From Felis catus (lineage: Eukaryota): a stretch of 64,000 nucleotides of DNA. Every line of letters starts with the position of its first letter. The first letter of the stretch is position 1. Location: positions 165,294,001 to 165,358,000 of the forward strand of contig NC_058368.1 of assembly GCF_018350175.1 (NCBI RefSeq). Direction: 5' to 3'. Under the pieces are notes generated by a model. The model did no database searches, was not told the DNA's origin, and saw only the letters and a list, made by a program, of their open reading frames with translations. The translations under genes were made by a program, and so were the position numbers. This document shows, one piece after another, positions 48,961 to 63,200 of this stretch.

Positions 48961-50149
48961 AATAGTGCAATACTCCCCAAGTAAAATGGAAAATGGAACA
49001 TTTATGCAAAGCAAATAATATAGAGTACAAGGAAACTATGGAAAAAGTGGAGACCATTTACAGATTCTGTCTAAGATAGTTCAGGCTTAACAATACTTGG
49101 AAAGCCCCAGTTTACACAATCAGTGTACATCTGGCAGATAATCCATTCAGGTAGTGATCAGAGTAGCATGGTGGGTCAATGTTTACTCAAGGCTGTATTG
49201 CTCTCAATCAATGTATTAGAAAGCCTACTTCCCTTCAACTTCAATCCTCTTCTCCCAATCCTTTGTTCAACACAAACTTGCTTGTCAAGAAAATTGAAGT
49301 CAAAACCATCAGGGGCAGGCAAAGGGGATTTTACCACTGCTAAGAACTTCAGTGATAATTCCAAAGACTGGGCTGGACTCCAGAAATCTGTTGTGTGATG
49401 ATCACAGAATGGGCTGTCAGATCATCTTTGTTCTCTGCTCCTAAAGCAGAACTGATGGCAGCGCTTTGCAGTTAGTTTCTTTTCAGGGATGAAAAGAAGA
49501 TATGGGATAGGAAAATAGGTAGAGACCATATGGAGATTTCCTGCCATTGTACAAAGAGCCTAGCGGTGCTCATTCTTTATTCAGAGCATTCACACAGCTG
49601 CTTAGAATTAAGTGACAGTTTTTCAACCACCATACCCAACCCCTACCTTGATTCACTGAAGGGAACCAAAGGGGGCATATTCCACACTGGCATATTGTTT
49701 TTTGCCAGAAGATGTAAGTGAGCAAATTAAAATTGACAATTTCAGTAACTTGAGAAGCTAAAGAAATGATGTTAAGTAGTCAACTGATACTGAAGACCTG
49801 AGGATAGGAAGAGCCACACTGTGGTTGAAAGAAATGCTTATAAACCAAAGTCATAGCAGCTCAAGACGTTACAGCTTCTATCTAATATCCTGTGCATATA
49901 TACAAGCAAAGCTCAGGATAAGTCCTAGACAAAATTAGCACACAGGTGAACTTATCTACTCCTTTTTACCATGTTTTCCTTCCAGTATCTATTCTTCTTT
50001 CTTCCATACAGTACCTACCTTTTTGCCTGGGATGAATTTGGAGCCCTTGACTCATTACCTACCACCATTTACACCACATGTAATCACCACCAGAACTATT
50101 TTCCAAATGCAGCACCCTCTGAATCAAATAAATTAATAAGCAATGAAAA

Positions 50150-50350
50150 GGAATAATGAAGACAATGCACTGTCATATTTTTTTAGTGCCAACTACAGTT
50201 CTGATTGGGTGTTGTGTGTTTCATGTCAGTTCTATTATTTGATCTCAAAACAACCCTGTATTTAAGTGTCATTATGCCCAACTTCTAGATGAAATAACAA
50301 TTCTCAGGTTTAGTAACTTACAAAGATTGTGTTATAATTGACTTGGCACT
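50150..50350 (-). mobile_element. MIR SINE
   Basis: 'atctcaaaacaaccctgta...attatgcccaacttctagatgaaataac...ctcaggtttagtaacttacaaag'. Confidence 0.6.
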
Positions 50351-51312
50351 ATCATTTAAGGTTATTTTTCCCACACCCTTTATCGAAAAAAAAACCTTTA
50401 TCATATCTCTTGCTTTTAGTTTATTTAGATAAGGAATCTAAAATGCTATTTTTTTTTCAATCAGGAGTATATGTTTAACTTAATTTTCTCCCTCTGTTTA
50501 ATAGTTACCTCTGGAAAAAAAATGCACTCAAGGAAAATAAAATTCAATGAAGTTGGCTCATGATATCAAAATAATAGGAGACATTTTTGGAGGAAGGAGG
50601 ACTTGAGGTTTCTAAAAATCCCTTTATATTTTTAGGTTTTATTTTTCTTCTTATCCAAATACATTCTGAGTGCAGTTTTTGAAGTTTTTAAAAGATATTG
50701 ATACATCACAGAATTTTTTTTCCCAAAAAACTAGAAGGGGGAACATTCAGCCTGTTCTTAAACCATTTTAAAAGTAGACAATATTCAACTTATATTAATT
50801 ACTATAAGGTAATAAACTCCCTCTGAAATAGCCAGAAATTAATTCTTTTGTATGGAACAGTGAACTAGTATACACAAAGTAATTTCCTTTTGCACCTATT
50901 ATTTTAAAATGCAAAACTTCAAAGAGTCTTTACCATGAAATGCTTCATACCTTGTCTCAGTGTCTGAGTTCTGAGAAAAGACTACTCCCACTGGAGAAGA
51001 CATTTCTGCTGCACTTCTTTGTTTAATGCTGTCATGGATGATCAGAGATAATAAAAAGTATTTACCACATTATATGCTCTCCATTATGATAGAACTTTTC
51101 TATTTGAAAAGTATCAAGCATCTGTGAGTTTAACTGAAGTCCAGAAACTGTACTTTTCAAAACCATCTTTGTTACCTGGTTGGAAAGGGTATGTTTCTTG
51201 TTGTCTGCTTTTTATGTAACACTTGCACACAGTCTTTGAATTTTACTCTGAGAATTGATTTTTTTCATACCAAACCGTTTATACCTCTGAGATAACACTG
51301 GGAATATGTGCA

Positions 51313-51320
<8 letters not shown>

Positions 51321-51360
<40 letters not shown>

Positions 51361-51372
51361 TTTTTTTTTTTT
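51321..51372. repeat. (CA)n microsatellite followed by poly-T
   Basis: Seen directly in the sequence. Confidence 0.95.
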
Positions 51373-52334
51373 ACCAAAGCAAAGCTAATAAATGTGAAAT
51401 CCTCTCTCTGCACTCAAGATATCAAGGTAAGGAGGATACGTTTGAAAAATTGCTCTAATACATCAGAAAATATAAAAATCAATAAGCTATAAAAGCTAAA
51501 AAGCTTCTTCAATTTTGTTCCCTTATTGCTCAGTGTAGGTGGCCAAGGCCCAGAGAACAATCCAAGGTTGCAAAAAGCTATTATACATCCAGTTGTGTAT
51601 TACAGACAATATGTGCAACTCTGCCAGGAAGGGACAAGTGTGCATCTGCCAAAGAATAGGGAGCTCTGAATGGCCTCTAAGTTCCTGTTTGTTTAATTGA
51701 GAGCTGGAAAGTGTGCTTGAGAAATCAGGCAGTGAGGACCATGTTTTTGTCACTTTTGTGTAAAAATAAAAAGATCTGAAGATCATTTCCTTCTTCCTTT
51801 CTTTACTCTATTTTTTAGGCATGGGACACACAGGGTGCTTTATGTCAATGGACATTACTATCAGACTCTGGAAAGGCAATGAAATTCAGCACTCCATTCT
51901 AAATAAAGCCTGTCCTTCAATCAATCAAACAGGGCAAGAATAATCTTCTGAAAAGTTTTATATTTTACTTTTTCTAGAACATATACAGGGCACATAAAGG
52001 TTATTAGAATCAGTCAATGACCTATATGGCTAAATAAAATTATTTTAGGCTAGTGGTCTCCAAATAGTTTCATCATGCATCACTATTATCACTGCTGCTA
52101 CCGTATTTTTGAGTAAATGTCATCAGTATATATTTTTAAGCAGATGCATACAATGTACTAATGAATGATGTAGTTGTACATATTTAACAAAGGCATCTCC
52201 TCCCTGCCTTTACTTTTTCCTTGAACAGAATTTAGATACAATACATAATTAAGTACAGCATAAGCTCCTTGACATTCAAGAGGAATTATCCCAAGATCTT
52301 TACAAAATTTTAAATTTCCAAATCTAATCCAGCA

Positions 52335-52925
52335 TTTGGGTAGAATATGGTCCATTAACTCCCATCATCCATTCCCATATCTTTCTAGTGTGATTTTCTA
52401 CTACACAAGTTGGAAACCTATGTTCCCTGAAGTTCCTTTCAGGTAGGGCTCTGAATACAAATTAAGTTTCAACAATTAGATGTAATCCATAAGAATCAAA
52501 GCAAATAGATAAGGAAGATACTATCTCGTTGATGATGTGGGCAATCTCCTAGGAAGTATGATTGTGGACATATCAAGTTTTTCTGCAACTGACTTCCAGG
52601 GTCCAGTCATGGGCATCATGGGTGTTGAAAGACAATGGCTGTCGATGTGGGGGCATGTTCTGGATATCAGCTATTGTATGGTTTTCTTGAACTCAATTGT
52701 TCTAGCATTGGTTTCTTGCTTTCCTGCCTTTCTGACTGTGATAGAATTTCTGACTGTCCCTTGGTGGACAGTTATAGGGCTTCTGAAGGTCTCTCCTGGA
52801 GCTTAATATGAAGTTTGTTCCTGTTCTTTCTAATGTGTCAATATGCTCTTAATTAACTCTATTAAATCACTTTCTGCTTAAAATGCTTCATGTAATTTCT
52901 GTTTCTTGTACTGAAACCTGACAAA
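52335..52925 (+). mobile_element. Ancient ERVL-type solo LTR (LTR50/LTR33-like)
   Basis: 3' end 'tattaaatcactttctgcttaaaatgct...tttctgtttcttgtactgaaacctgaca' and 5' 'ggtagggctctgaatacaaattaagtttc...ttagatg'. Confidence 0.6.
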
Positions 52926-53470
52926 AATAAGCATAAAATATGCATATGACAAGTGAAGAACCACAAAGCATCCCTGAGATGAGTTTTCTAGGCAAACCAT
53001 CAACTTCTTTGTCAACAAAAACCTCAATTCAAGAGTGATTCAAATTAGTACTTCAGTAAAATTACTGATTACTATTTGTCACTTAACTCTAAGGTTGATT
53101 ATGAATATTTGAAATTTCATGCTAAATGCCTGAATACCAAGAGACTGCTATACTTGTTAGATTTAAATTTGAAAGTGATCACAATCTCAATAAAGAACAC
53201 ACAGTGTAACCATGTAAGGAATACAAACCTGCTCATATAAAACACTTAGTTGACATTTTATCCTATTAGATTATATGCCAAAAAAAATACTAAGAACCAA
53301 GAGTTAATGGTGGAAAAACCACTTGGCCTGAAAATGAATGATGAGTATGCCAGGTAAGGAAAACATATGCTAAGTTGGTCTATCACCAAGGCTTACTGAT
53401 TTTCATTCGTTTTCAATTTCAACCAGCTACTCTAAGAGCCACTTTGAAAAATAATCATGTTTATCTTTGT

Positions 53471-53536
53471 GTTTTTGTTTGTTTGTTTGTTTGTTTGTTT
53501 TTGAGAGAGAAAGAGAGAGAGCACAGGTGAGCCAGG

Positions 53537-53572
<36 letters not shown>

Positions 53573-53765
53573 CTCAAGAGGGACAGAAGGAGAGGGAGAC
53601 AGAGGGTGGGGGGGGGGGCAGGCTTGTATTTTACCCAAAGCAGGTCTCGTGTTCACACACAGCAGGGCCTGTGCTCACCTGATGTGAAACTCTAAATCAC
53701 AAACCGTGAAATCATGACCTGAGCATTGAGTCAGATGCTTACAGAGTGAGCCACCCACGTACCCC
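53471..53765 (-). mobile_element. CanSINE with expanded (TTTG)n tail and (GA)n tract
   Basis: Reverse SINE; TSD atgtttatctttgt / atgtgtatctttgt. Confidence 0.9.
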
Positions 53766-54690
53766 ATGTGTATCTTTGTTAACTAAATTCCTAAGTATAG
53801 ATTTCAGAATCATATAAAACCAAACGATAAGTACTTTTACAAGTCTGGATAACTCAAGTCTTTAAGGAATTTAACTGTGTAAACTTTTTTATTTTAAAAT
53901 AAATATAGAATCCACTGAATGGTAGAAATTGTACAATTACATTTATCTAATTTAGATAACTAAGCAGCCAAATATGTATATTCCTCGTGTTTAGCATGAA
54001 AATTAAACATTTCAATTTTATTAAATTTAAATGTGTTTATGCCAGAGTTAAAGAAAGATGTTTATATACTTAACTAAATAATAACTCTACAGATATTTTA
54101 TATAACATGCATTGTAATATCAGAAAAACCCTGTAAGAGTTCATAAAATATTTTGCACAGAAATGAAAAAATCAAATATTTTTTTGAAGTTATGTATAAT
54201 AGCTTTGCTGTTTCCAGTTACTATAAAGATAGAAAGGAGAAAAATATAAACCTGCAGGAAAATAAGTGTGCTAAAAACTCTTATGGTTGAAAATTTAGAG
54301 ATCAATTTATCATTACCTAACCAATAACATTAATTTTGTTCAATGAGCCCAAAGGTCTAAAAGAATGAGTATAAACTTTTATTTTGAGAAATTGGACATT
54401 GAGAAGTATGGTTTTAGAATGTGGTGTATTAAATAATGTAGGCATAATTATAAGTACCTATAGTGGTTTCTGTTATATCTATTAAAGCCTCTTCTTATGT
54501 TGTCATCATTATTAACTCAGATATTACATATTACTTGCTTAGCTATCCTTTGCATTCCTCTCTAGAGGCTAATATTCTAACTGTAGATGTACCCTCACAC
54601 AAATCCCTTCTGTCAAAATACTTGAAAGATTGGGTCAAGTTTTACTAATAATGTCAGACTACAGAGTATATCATACTAATTACAATAATG

Positions 54691-55145
54691 TTTTTTAAAT
54701 ATGAAATGTATTGTCAAATTGGTTTCCATACACACAGTGTTCATCCCAACAGGTGACCTCCTCAATACCCATCACCCACTCTCTCCTCCCTCCCACCCCC
54801 CATCAACCCTCAGTTTGTTCTGTTTTTAAGTCTCTGATGGTTTGCCTCCCTCCCTCTCTCTTTTTTTTTCTTCCTTCCCCTCCCCCATGGTCTTCTGTTA
54901 AGTTTCTCAGGATCCACCTAAGAGTGAAAACATATGGTATCTGTCTTTCTCTGTATGACTTATTTCACTTAACATAACACTCTCCAGTTCCATCCACATT
55001 GCTACAAAAGGCCCTATTTCATTCTTTCTCATTGCCATATAGTATTCCATTGTGTATATAAATCACAATTTCTTTACCCATTCATCAGTTGATGGAAATT
55101 TAGGCTCTTTCCATAATTTGGCTATTGTTGAAAGCGCTGCTATAA
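54691..55145 (-). mobile_element. 5'-truncated felid L1 3' end
   Basis: Reverse complement of the L1 3' end seen at 8847-9280 and 44185-44632. Confidence 0.95.
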
Positions 55146-55191
55146 GAATACTCTTTCAATATTTTACTCTTTTCTTAAAAGTTCCATTCCT

Positions 55192-55403
55192 GGAGCACCT
55201 GGGTGACTCACTCGGTTAAGCACCTTGCTCTTGGTTTCAGCTCAGGAGACAATCTCACAGTATGTGGCATCAAGCCCCACATCAGCCTATGCACTGACAG
55301 CTCCAGGGCCTGCTTGGAATTCTCTCCCCACTGCCCTCACCACTCTCTCCACCCCATACCCCCAACTCACACATGCTTTCTCTCTCTCAAACATTAAAAA
55401 GAA
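55192..55403 (+). mobile_element. CanSINE
   Basis: TSD aaaagttccattcct (55177-55191) / aaaagttccactcct (55404-55418). Confidence 0.92.
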
Positions 55404-56649
55404 AAAAGTTCCACTCCTTTTAGAATCTCCTACATTTATTTCTCTCTACATCTTTTCTCCAACTCCTAATTTACTGCTCTTTTGCTCACTTTGTGTAACT
55501 TTCCTTAGGGCTTGCTTTAATCTAGCTCTATTTGGCACAAGTCAGCCTCTTCTTGACTTCTCCATTTCCCCTTTAGACCCATTACTTCCCTCAATACAGC
55601 CTCAGAGATTAGTCATGTTACTCTTTAGAAGGCAGAATAGAGAGGTGGTTACAAAAACAAAAACCATTGACTTCCATTTTTTTTCCTTGTCACACATAGT
55701 AGCTGCTCAATAACCTCGTATAATTAATTAGTTTTATTAATTTAAGACAATTCACATAGTTTAAATATTAATTAAAAGTTGGAGAGCAGGCAAAATGAAT
55801 GATTAATGTCTAGTGTTTACAGCCATTTAATAATTTCATGTTTAAAACAGGTATTTCCTCCTAGGCATGAATGAGCATTATATATTGCTACTCTATGCAT
55901 ATCTGGTAATGGTGGGTCTGATTATGGACAATGCAAGTCATGGGGAGAAATAGTCAAAAGCTTGGATAAATACAAAATTAGTCTTAAAATCTATGCTTTT
56001 AAGTTCATCAAAGGAAAAAGAAATAGAAAAGGCAGTGCTAGTATGAATAAGTAAAATTATTTTTAAAAATTAATTAGGTACATGTAATCAATAGCATAGA
56101 GTATAAACTTCAAGGTAAATAAAACAAAAACATTAATTAGGTATGTTTCCTTAAGGTTGCAGAATGTTCTGCCTTCAAGGTCACCAATGATAGTCATTTA
56201 CTATATTTCTCCTTTCTAAAAATGAATGAATGACAGACCCACAGAATTTGTTTCCAGGGTCTGAATCTTCCATACAATATCTACCAGATTAAGTAATTAA
56301 AAATAAGTTATTAAGTCTTGTCACAAACATTTAAGTAAATATTAATTACCCCAGTTTGCAAACTTAAAACAATGTCTTATTTTGACCAGGACTTAAAGAA
56401 GTTCAAATAGATAAACAGAAACTAAAATTGCTTGCACCCTCTTCTATAAGGGCTTTTAAAAGTTGGAGTTCTCCTTAAACTCTAACTAGCGACTCATTCT
56501 TCCTCCTTTCATCATTTAGAAGAAAATGTGATTTAATGGCTTAGCTTTAAACAGTGATAAATTAAGTATCTCCTAAACTTTCTCACTAAGTAATCTAACC
56601 CTGCTTTGCACCCCAGGTCACTCAAAGAACATGTGGATTCTTTACTTAA

Positions 56650-56870
56650 TCAGTACAGGATGATGGAAAGCCAATGTGGTTTTAGATTCAATTCTACCAT
56701 GTAATAAATGGCTTTAAGCAAATTATCTAAGGATATATTTCCTTATTCAAAATATGATAGTAATGCTTTTTATCTAATAGATAAAATAGATATGTAAAAG
56801 ATATCTAATATCTAATAGAAAGTTGGGGAGATAAAAAGGCATGTATGAAAAGTATGTACGTCAGTATTTA
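56650..56870 (+). mobile_element. MIR SINE, decayed
   Basis: 'ttctaccatgtaataaatggctttaagcaaattatctaa...tttccttattcaaaatatgatagtaat'. Confidence 0.45.
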
Positions 56871-58429
56871 TTATACAATTGATGTGTCTGTATTTACAAT
56901 TCCCCCACTATTCCTTCCATTATAAAAACAGTGAAACAAATTTTCAAATAGCTATCGGTATCCATTGCTAACCCGTACCTGCTATTGTCCAGGTCATCCT
57001 TTTCCATTAAGAGGAACGAAGTTCTTAGAAATATCAGGGTTTCTGCACCCAGTGATTTTAACACAAAGAGAGGCTAGGATAAAAGCCAACTGACTTGTGC
57101 GACACCTTTTATTAAACTCGGATAACCCATCCCTCTCTGCAAGATAGCTATTGCATCTCTCTTATGGGCTAAGTTCTATTTCTTTAAAACTGGAGCCAAT
57201 AGAAGGTATTGTTGTGTTGTTTCTCCATAAAACACAAAATAATGGCTTGTCTAATCATAGTTATTGTTCAGATATGGTGCTTTCTTGTGCTTGACCTCTT
57301 GCTTTATTTCAAGCATTCATATTCAATTTGTCAGTGTCTACTATTGTCGCGTCTCTAGTCTGTCTTCAGATTTAACACCTAACCCCCATTTCTGACTACC
57401 AGAACCTCAGTGATATTAACTAATAATTTTCTTCATTTAATCACAACTGATTGATTAGTTGTGATATTCCACAGTGTTTTAGGCTCCAGGGATTTAGGAA
57501 TGAGTAAGTAAAAGGTTAAATATAAAGGCTTAATGGTCATTGCTGAAGAGAGAGTTGAGTTATGAAACGTAGGTCACTGCCCTGTGAGGGTAGTCAGAGG
57601 ACATGTGGCTTCTGAGGGCAATGGTTTGACTACAGAAATTTCTAAAGTTATTAGAAGAACTTCATGGAGCACAATGGAGCACAAAGGAAATGGAGCACAA
57701 ATTTATTTTTTTAAAAAGATTGGCATGTACTGTAGATCTCTCAACTAGAACTGAAAACAATAAATTTTGGAGTTGTATCAATCTACCATTCCAAATATTT
57801 TTGTGTTTTTTCCAAAAACATTTCATTTTTTAGTTCAGGAAAATAGATAATAAGTTGTGTGGGTTGGATGATAGATTCAGCAGAGGATATAAGAACTATA
57901 ATTTTGAGGCTACTAATAAGATAGTAGGCCAATTTGTCACCAGTCTGAGTTGGGTATTAGACTAAGCTGATCATGTTTTCCTGGAGAACACTATTGAGAA
58001 AAGCACAGCATATCTTGATGGATTACAAACTAAATATTAAAGATTTTTATCAGAAAGTGTAGTATCAGCATTTAAAATGTTAAAAATAAATTAACCTAGG
58101 TGGTAATTAAATCCAGAATGTGGCTATGTGTTAGGGTTAATGACTTGTGAGTGTGCTTTCAGATCTTCTCCAATAATTGCACTGTAACTTGATTAGATTT
58201 CCACTTGTCTTTTACATGAACATTCCACTTCTAACATTTAGGGCCTTCCATGTAAGTGTGATGTCATTTTACATAATGCTGGATCTTTCCAGGTTAGGGT
58301 AATTGCTTTTGTCTTCCTCCTCATCAACTATGTATTTAATCAGCCAACACTTAGTATCACTGTGATAGTCATTGACAGAAGAAGAATACATACATACAAT
58401 CAGCCCTCAATGACCTAGTGTGGGATGGA

Positions 58430-58570
58430 ATTAGTTAGTGGTCTTTTTGGGTCTCAATTACCTCATTTGTAAAATCAAGATCATAGGATTATTGTAAGGA
58501 TTAAATGAGCTGATCAGTAAGAAGCATTTGGCATAGTGCTTGGCACCCTCTAAGAATATCATAGTAGCTA
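58430..58570 (+). mobile_element. MIR fragment
   Basis: 'tctcaattacctcatttgtaaaat...cataggattattgtaaggattaaatgag...catagtgcttggcac'. Confidence 0.8.
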
Positions 58571-58863
58571 AAGTCAACATTCCTAGCAGGAGACTGGCCA
58601 GGCCCAATATGCAGAAGCAGCTGAAGAGATGACATGCTCAGGGAATAGCAAAAAGCCTGATGCAGCTAAACCTAAGATAAACCTATTATAAAAACTTATT
58701 TTAATATCAGTGTATAAAAGGTAATTGGTAAAATGAATATGCATTGATACATTTTACTAAAAATTCCAAAGCCAAAACAAAATTATTTTTGGATTTTGAA
58801 CTCAATGATGGCTCTCTTCAAACAATTTAGGTTATAAAAGCTGATCCTCTGTGTGCACTCTGG

Positions 58864-58940
58864 GTGTGTGTGTGTGTGTATGAGAGAGAGACAGACAGAC
58901 AGATTGAAAGAGACAAAGAGAGGAAGGGAGAGAGAGAGAG
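58864..58940. repeat. (TG)n / (GA)n low-complexity tract
   Basis: Seen directly in the sequence. Confidence 0.85.
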
Positions 58941-60211
58941 GGAAAAAAGAAATAAAAATTTGGGAAACAAATAAATTACAGGGAAATAGAATTGCTACTC
59001 AAAGAGAATCTCTTTTCCTTTTTTTGGTAAACACCCAAAAACTTATTTTAGAGTATGTCCGCTTGCTGATCTAGAAATCAGTTTCACCAAACAAAGCCAT
59101 CAAAGGCAGACCATCACTGTCATCCCTCTGATCAGAATGATGAAGAATCCTTCTTCTTAAGAGGAAAGCATCCAACTTTTAAGACTGTTCACATTCTTCT
59201 TAATCTACATACAATTTACCTGCCACCACTCCCCAGCAAGACTCTGCTTTTCCTGTGAAACCCATATACTCTTGAATCCTAATTTTTTTGGATTTGCTTC
59301 TATGATGCCATCTCTGAAATGTTTGCCACTGTTCTCTTTCCTCTATGAGGTCTTTTCATTCTTTCTAAAAATTCAACTTAACTCTCAAATTTTACATTAT
59401 TCCTTTCTTGATCCCTCAAGACTGCTCTAATCTCATTTAAAAAATAGTTTGTGTAATGTAATATTCCAATAATTATAACTATACTGTCCAGAACTTTCTA
59501 CCATTTAATATTTTTGTGAATGTTAAAAAATTCCCAGTTAAGACCACAGATTCCTCTAAGCCAAAAGTTTTATTTTATATTACTTACACTTCCAACATTT
59601 CTGGTATCTGATAAATATTCAATGGCTATTTAGTAAATTTAAAGGCCATTTCTAAGCAAAACTATTTTGAGCACAAGTACATAATTTCGTCTATGAGGAT
59701 TAAGCAACTGAGAAATATAGTTTTGACTCTCTCCTTTCTTTGAATCTTCACACAGTTTAGAGAGGATGTGGGAACATGTCATGGCACAATTTCTAAAAAC
59801 AGATCACAATTTAAAGTTCTGCAACACCTCATTCCTATAACTGGCTTTAGGAGAATATGAACACTGTCAATAAATGACTAAGAGAACTGGATTAAGAGAG
59901 TTATACAATTTAAATGACTATACTGCATCCTGGCAATTATTTTTAAGAGGGCTAGAACATTTATTGGCTATCACCATTGAACATTGTATTGCTTTTCTTT
60001 ATTTGTAGAATTGAGGTGAGTATAATAGTATTCAAGTGTGTGTGTCCTTTTGATTTGAGAACTAAATACCCCATGGCAATTCAAGTTATTTGTTTACCAG
60101 TACTAAAAGCCATGTCTATCCCATTATTGTATATTATAAATACATTAAGAGTAATTTATTTTTTAGAATGTTGAAGCAAATTTCATCTCTCTCTATATAT
60201 GTGTATTTATG

Positions 60212-60253
60212 TTATATTATATTATATTATATTATATTATATTATATTATATT
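60212..60253. repeat. (ATATT)n pentanucleotide repeat, about 8 units
   Basis: ttatattatattatattatattatattatattatattatatt. Confidence 0.97.
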
Positions 60254-63200
60254 TTAATGCAGATACTACAAGTATGAAATCAGGTATCTTTTGTGTGACC
60301 TCAGATATTTGTTATGCCATGTATCCAGAAATGTTATTTTTTAAAGAAAATTTAATATTGAATTATTTGTTACTTTACGCATCCATTTAAAAGGATAAAA
60401 AATGGTGATTGAGTATAACTGATCAATAATGAGTTCTACACACACACACTCACAGAATTGATTCTGAATTTTCTGCATTAAGAGAAGGTAGCCATGTCTG
60501 TTATCTAAAAATAATTTGTTTGGCTTTGGAGTATGCTCTAACTTTAACAGGGATTTCATTTACTAATTATATTAACAATCCTATTAAAATAAGTGAATAT
60601 TTCCTGGATAAACATCCACAGCACATATTGTGTGTATGAATAAAGAATTCAGATTGTGAAAGCAAAAAATAAGTTTAGTGGCAATGCATTTTTTCCTCAC
60701 ATTTAGATATGCATGTCCATACAAATTAATGTATGCTCAGACCTTTAACAAATACACAAAACTTAATGATAGTTAACTTATTTTTTGCTTTTAGAATGGA
60801 CTATACATACGTAACAAGCCTTTAATGAGAACTTGTCTTTTACAGTAAAACTGGCAAATAAATAAGATACTACTATAGGTGGACAATTAATATTGGGTAA
60901 AATATTTTGAAATTCTGAGGTGAAAATGAACATATATTCATTTTATGGGCCTTATATAATTTTTTCAGAGATCCAGATTTTTCCCTTATTCTCATTCTAA
61001 AGAAAGAGTCAACTTTTTTTCTCCCAGTACTGAAAGCAAAAAAATTGGCATGATTTGTTTCAGGTAAAGTTAGAAATTCTCTGAGATAGATTATTCTCTT
61101 AAAGCTATACTTTTCCAGTATATATAGGTAACGGCCATAATTCAGTAGTGCTCCTGGTAAAAGTACCATATAATATATGCCATTACTTAATGAGTCAGGG
61201 GAAGAACACCTAGGTTTACTATAGTAATCTTTTCCTTTCTCACACTTTTGTTTGAGACAGCAAGGATTTTTCTTAGTTGAGCAAAATCTATACAATGTTA
61301 GTAGGATTGGCATATTTTCAATGAGCAATTATTTTTTTTAAAGATGTTGCCACATTTACTGCTTTTCCAATATCAAATATAACAGCCGTACAGTATTTCT
61401 CACATATTTCTTTGAGGCCACGTGGGGGTTTCTAAAATGCAAAGCAAACCACTACCATTTAAGAGTGATTATATAGTTAATTCAGAAATAAGCATTAATT
61501 AAATTTCTGTTTAAAAGATCATGCCTCCCTACAAATTAAATTTATAAGTTCAATCAAATATTCAATTACCTTTTAAAATTATATATTGCTAAATTAAGTA
61601 ATTTAGCTGGATTTTTCACTTCTTAAACTGTTATGTTTATATCATGTAGATATATCTGTGAGTTCTCACCCAGAATAATAGGCAATAAGCCAGACTTGCA
61701 CTGAATCATTTTGATGTAAATGATGCTCAGGGTGACCCCAGGCACAATGTAGAACTCAGCAGCCAAGTACCTGCTTATATCCAAAGTTTCATATACCTGA
61801 TTACAATTTCAGAGTCTCAATAGCATATTTCAAATAGAAATTCAGAACAGAAATGCCTTTCCAAACAAAGAAACTTTGCCATTAGAAACTCTTTACATTC
61901 TTTCCTGTTTGTTTCCCATTTGCATGTAAAACTTCCACGAATAAAATAGAGTAAACAATTTATTTAACCCAAGTCTGTCATGAAAAGGAAGTGTATTATT
62001 TGATGACAAAGCTAATAGTACTATCTTCAACACCAAAGACGTTATATTTGATTAGAAAAGTTAATTATATGCATATAAAGAGCTGAGATGCTAACAGCTA
62101 ATTACTCATAAAGGGAAATTAAATCTAATTTTCTAAGTGACAGTTGCTATCTGACAATAGTTTTATTAAACAGAACAAATTCCAATTTACTACAGTGGAA
62201 ACTCTAAAATTTTATGGGGCACAATCAGATGTATATAAATTAGGTTAAAAGCCAAGGAGTAGAGAAGAGGGTTGCAGCAAGTCAGCACAATTTTGCCATC
62301 GAATATTTTTTGTTTTCGTTTTCACTGTTAATTATTAGCAGCTAAACTAAACTGTAATGATACACTGCAAAAACCCTCGGGATCTGATTCTTCATCTGTT
62401 TGCCTAGAGTATTACGTGGAACTAAAGTGAGAAACTTGCCTGGGATATTATTGAAGGCTTCTGCACAATGAGAGCTTCTTCATACTGCTGACCTTATCCA
62501 CTTGTTATTTTATCTTCACTACTGACTCAGAACTTCTCTATTTGTCTTATAATGAAACTGCCTTAAAAATGTTCTGAAAAGTACACTCTTAATTAGGAAA
62601 ACATTGCTGCAATTCTGCCAAAGGATGAAACAAAAAGAGAACAGTAAGAATGAAAGCATGAAGGAAAAAGAAATATTGTTTTGAGGATTCCTCAATTGTT
62701 TTAAATACTTAGATGTGAAAGTTTTGAACCAAACAGCTCCACTCAGAGTAATTGTCTCAGTGAAGACATGATCTCCTGGCAAAAGACATTACTAAGCAAG
62801 ATGGCAGGAAGACTACGCTGAATCTGTAATGCTAGCATATTAAAGAGTTGTTCCATTATTGAAATATTGGTGTCACATGCGTTTTTGGAAGATAATTCCC
62901 TTTCCTTTTGTTTAGAGCAAGTATGTCCATTAGCAGCTAAACAGCGGGCCAAAGACTAGCCATTGTCTTTGTTCCAGTTATCCAGTTGCAGATGGCCTAT
63001 TGATAGTACCCATTCAATTTTGTCCTAAGGCATTTCACAGTGATCCGCACACATAGCCACATAGACAAAAATAACTGTATTTAAAAATAAATCCTAAAGG
63101 TAGTCCTACATTACTACAATTTGTTACAAAGTTGTAGCAAACAAAATACACATGTTCTTGACTCTCATTTTATGAAGACTCTGACAATTGAGTTCACCTG

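Noticed and set aside
55225..55713. 162-aa ORF
   Set aside because: Starts inside a SINE and runs through a pyrimidine-rich old-repeat-like tract; no domain recognised.
60873..61328. 151-aa minus-strand ORF
   Set aside because: AT-rich composition, no recognisable domain and no clear splice context; likely chance.
62519..62952. Two adjacent minus-strand ORFs of 87 and 69 aa
   Set aside because: No protein family recognised and no convincing exon boundaries; covered only as part of the repeat-poor region.
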